The translations under genes and the position numbers were made by a program. The notes beneath the pieces were generated by a model. It did not search any database. It was given only the letters and a program-made list of their open reading frames with translations, and was not told the origin of the DNA. Shown piece after piece: positions 62,589-64,000 of a stretch of DNA of 64,000 nt. The stretch's first letter is position 1; each line of letters begins with the position of its first letter. Source of the DNA: Amoeboaphelidium protococcarum X5 (taxonomy: Eukaryota > Fungi > Aphelidiomycota); contig JALDTO010000098.1 in assembly GCA_023515725.1 (NCBI GenBank), forward strand, positions 1,824,164 through 1,888,163, written 5' to 3'.

Positions 62589-64000
62589 ATGAGTTCAGAT
62601 TTGGGTAGTCAGGATATGGCAAAGGTGCAAGAGTAGTAGTAATCTGGTGGAGACTTTGGTAAAATGTCTGACGCTGAACTGTCGTAATATGGTTCTTCAT
62701 TCATTAAACCGTCCACAAAGATGAGTAAGCGTATGATGAAGGCCTACAATCTCGAAGGTTTACAGTAGTCATCTGATTCCCCTGAAAAATAGTAGTCGTC
62801 TCAATTGGCAAAGGATAGTAGCAGTGGTGCACAGGCTCAAAAGTAGTAAGGAGACTCTGAAGCTGCGAAGCAAGTCGTTTTCAGTCTGTCACCGAATGAT
62901 GGCTCTTTTGCTGCCAAGAAACTTGTGCTCAGTCTTGACGGTAGTAATGTGCAGAAAATTGGTCGTCAAAGTTCTCCAAAGTAGCCACCTGCAGCAGATA
63001 ATTTGATTTTTGATTCTAAAGTTCTTAGTAGAGCTCATGCTGAGGTTTACTATGACAGAGAAGTCGGCAGCGTGATGATTAGAGATTGTGGATCCAGTAA
63101 CGGAACGTTTGTCAATGGAGAACGCCTATCGTAAGAAGGTAAGCCGTCTGATAAGCCTCGTTAACTAAAAGGCGGTGATACTCTCGAGTTTGGTGTTGAT
63201 ATCTTTGGCGATGATGGAGTGACTGTGCTTTTCCATAAGGTGAGCTGTACTGTGGGAATACTCAATCCTTACGCAAAGGCCGCAGGTGAGGGATCAGCTT
63301 CTCTTAAGGCGAACAAAGCTCAGGCTGTGGATGAGTCGGTGTTGGATAGTGTTTTAACTGAACTTGCTAATGATTTGAATGTTGCTCAAAATCAGAGTGT
63401 TCAGATTAAGAAGCTCAAATCTGCTCTGGATGATGTCAGTGCTCTGGTTGACGAAAAGAGTTCATCAGAAGTAAAGTCTTTAGTTCCTTAGTAGCAAGAC
63501 GAGCAGTTGCTAGAATAAATCAGTAAATTGAAGGTTGAAATTTCAGATCTGGAAATGTCTCTAAATGAGTCTTAAAGCGATAAAGAGAATTTAAAGCAGG
63601 AAATTGATTAGCTGAAGTAGTAGCATGCTCAGATTCTGTAAGAGCAGTAGTCTTAGTTGAATCAAGAATTATCTGTTGCCACTTAAAAAATCGAGTAGCT
63701 GAATTAAAAATTGAGTCCAATGGCGGTAGAGTTGGACAATATTCGTGCATAGTTGGCTGAAAAGTAAGCTGAGGTATCCTAGTTGCAACAATAGCTTCAG
63801 GAGAAGTAATCTTTGCATGCACAATCTGAGTCTGATTTGAGTAGCATGAGGAGTGAGAATGAGGATAAGATTATGGAGTTGAAGGGTAAAATTATTGATG
63901 AGCAGACCAAGAAGAATCAGCTTATTGATGAGAATAACCAGCTATCTTTGTAATTGAAGGAGCTGACCTCTGCGAAGAATGCTATAGCTAGTCAATTGAA
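62589..64000 (+). CDS. FHA-domain coiled-coil protein (SLMAP/Vps64/Far10-like), truncated by the window end
   Basis: [47 protein letters not shown] followed by a long Q/E/K/L heptad region. Confidence 0.85.

Noticed and set aside
1338-63822. Most ORFs in the supplied six-frame track taken as separate genes or as evidence of mass pseudogenisation
   Set aside because: They are either fragments of longer genes cut at TAA/TAG (Gln here) or antisense/off-frame shadows of real genes, e.g. 10205-10744, 13745-14320, 17846-18316, 60524-60922.
1-64000. tRNA, rRNA or intact transposon genes
   Set aside because: I saw no cloverleaf, rRNA-like tract, transposase or reverse transcriptase motif by eye. 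A tRNAscan-SE/Infernal run is needed to exclude small RNAs.

Overview
Gene-dense eukaryotic (fungus-related) genomic window that does NOT use the standard genetic code. TAA and TAG read as Gln and only TGA stops (translation-table-6-like). This is why the supplied ORF track is chopped into fragments. Re-translated, about 30 complete genes and one partial gene emerge, with few, short GT-AG introns. The code, compactness and fungal-like gene content fit an aphelid such as Amoeboaphelidium protococcarum, which is known to use UAR=Gln; the taxon is my inference. Recognisable genes: DPH6, RRP8, ASF1, an aquaporin, mitochondrial uL13, PLC, aminopeptidase P, BET2, a CIB-like EF-hand protein, sestrin, a RhoGEF, HACL1, a P2C-type ATPase, an Osh/OSBP protein, a DEDDh RNA exonuclease, translin, a kinesin, an NADP-type ADH, RAD26/CSB and an FHA coiled-coil protein. 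Most unusual items: (1) DPH6 fused in one frame to a complete uroporphyrinogen III synthase (HemD/UROS) domain; (2) a tandem pair of signal-peptide-bearing FCP/SCP-type HAD phosphatases; (3) a signal-peptide-bearing calpain with two copies of an unrecognised 6-Cys module; (4) an orphan caspase-fold protease; (5) all 11 introns I called end in TGTAG. All translations and coordinates were worked out by hand.
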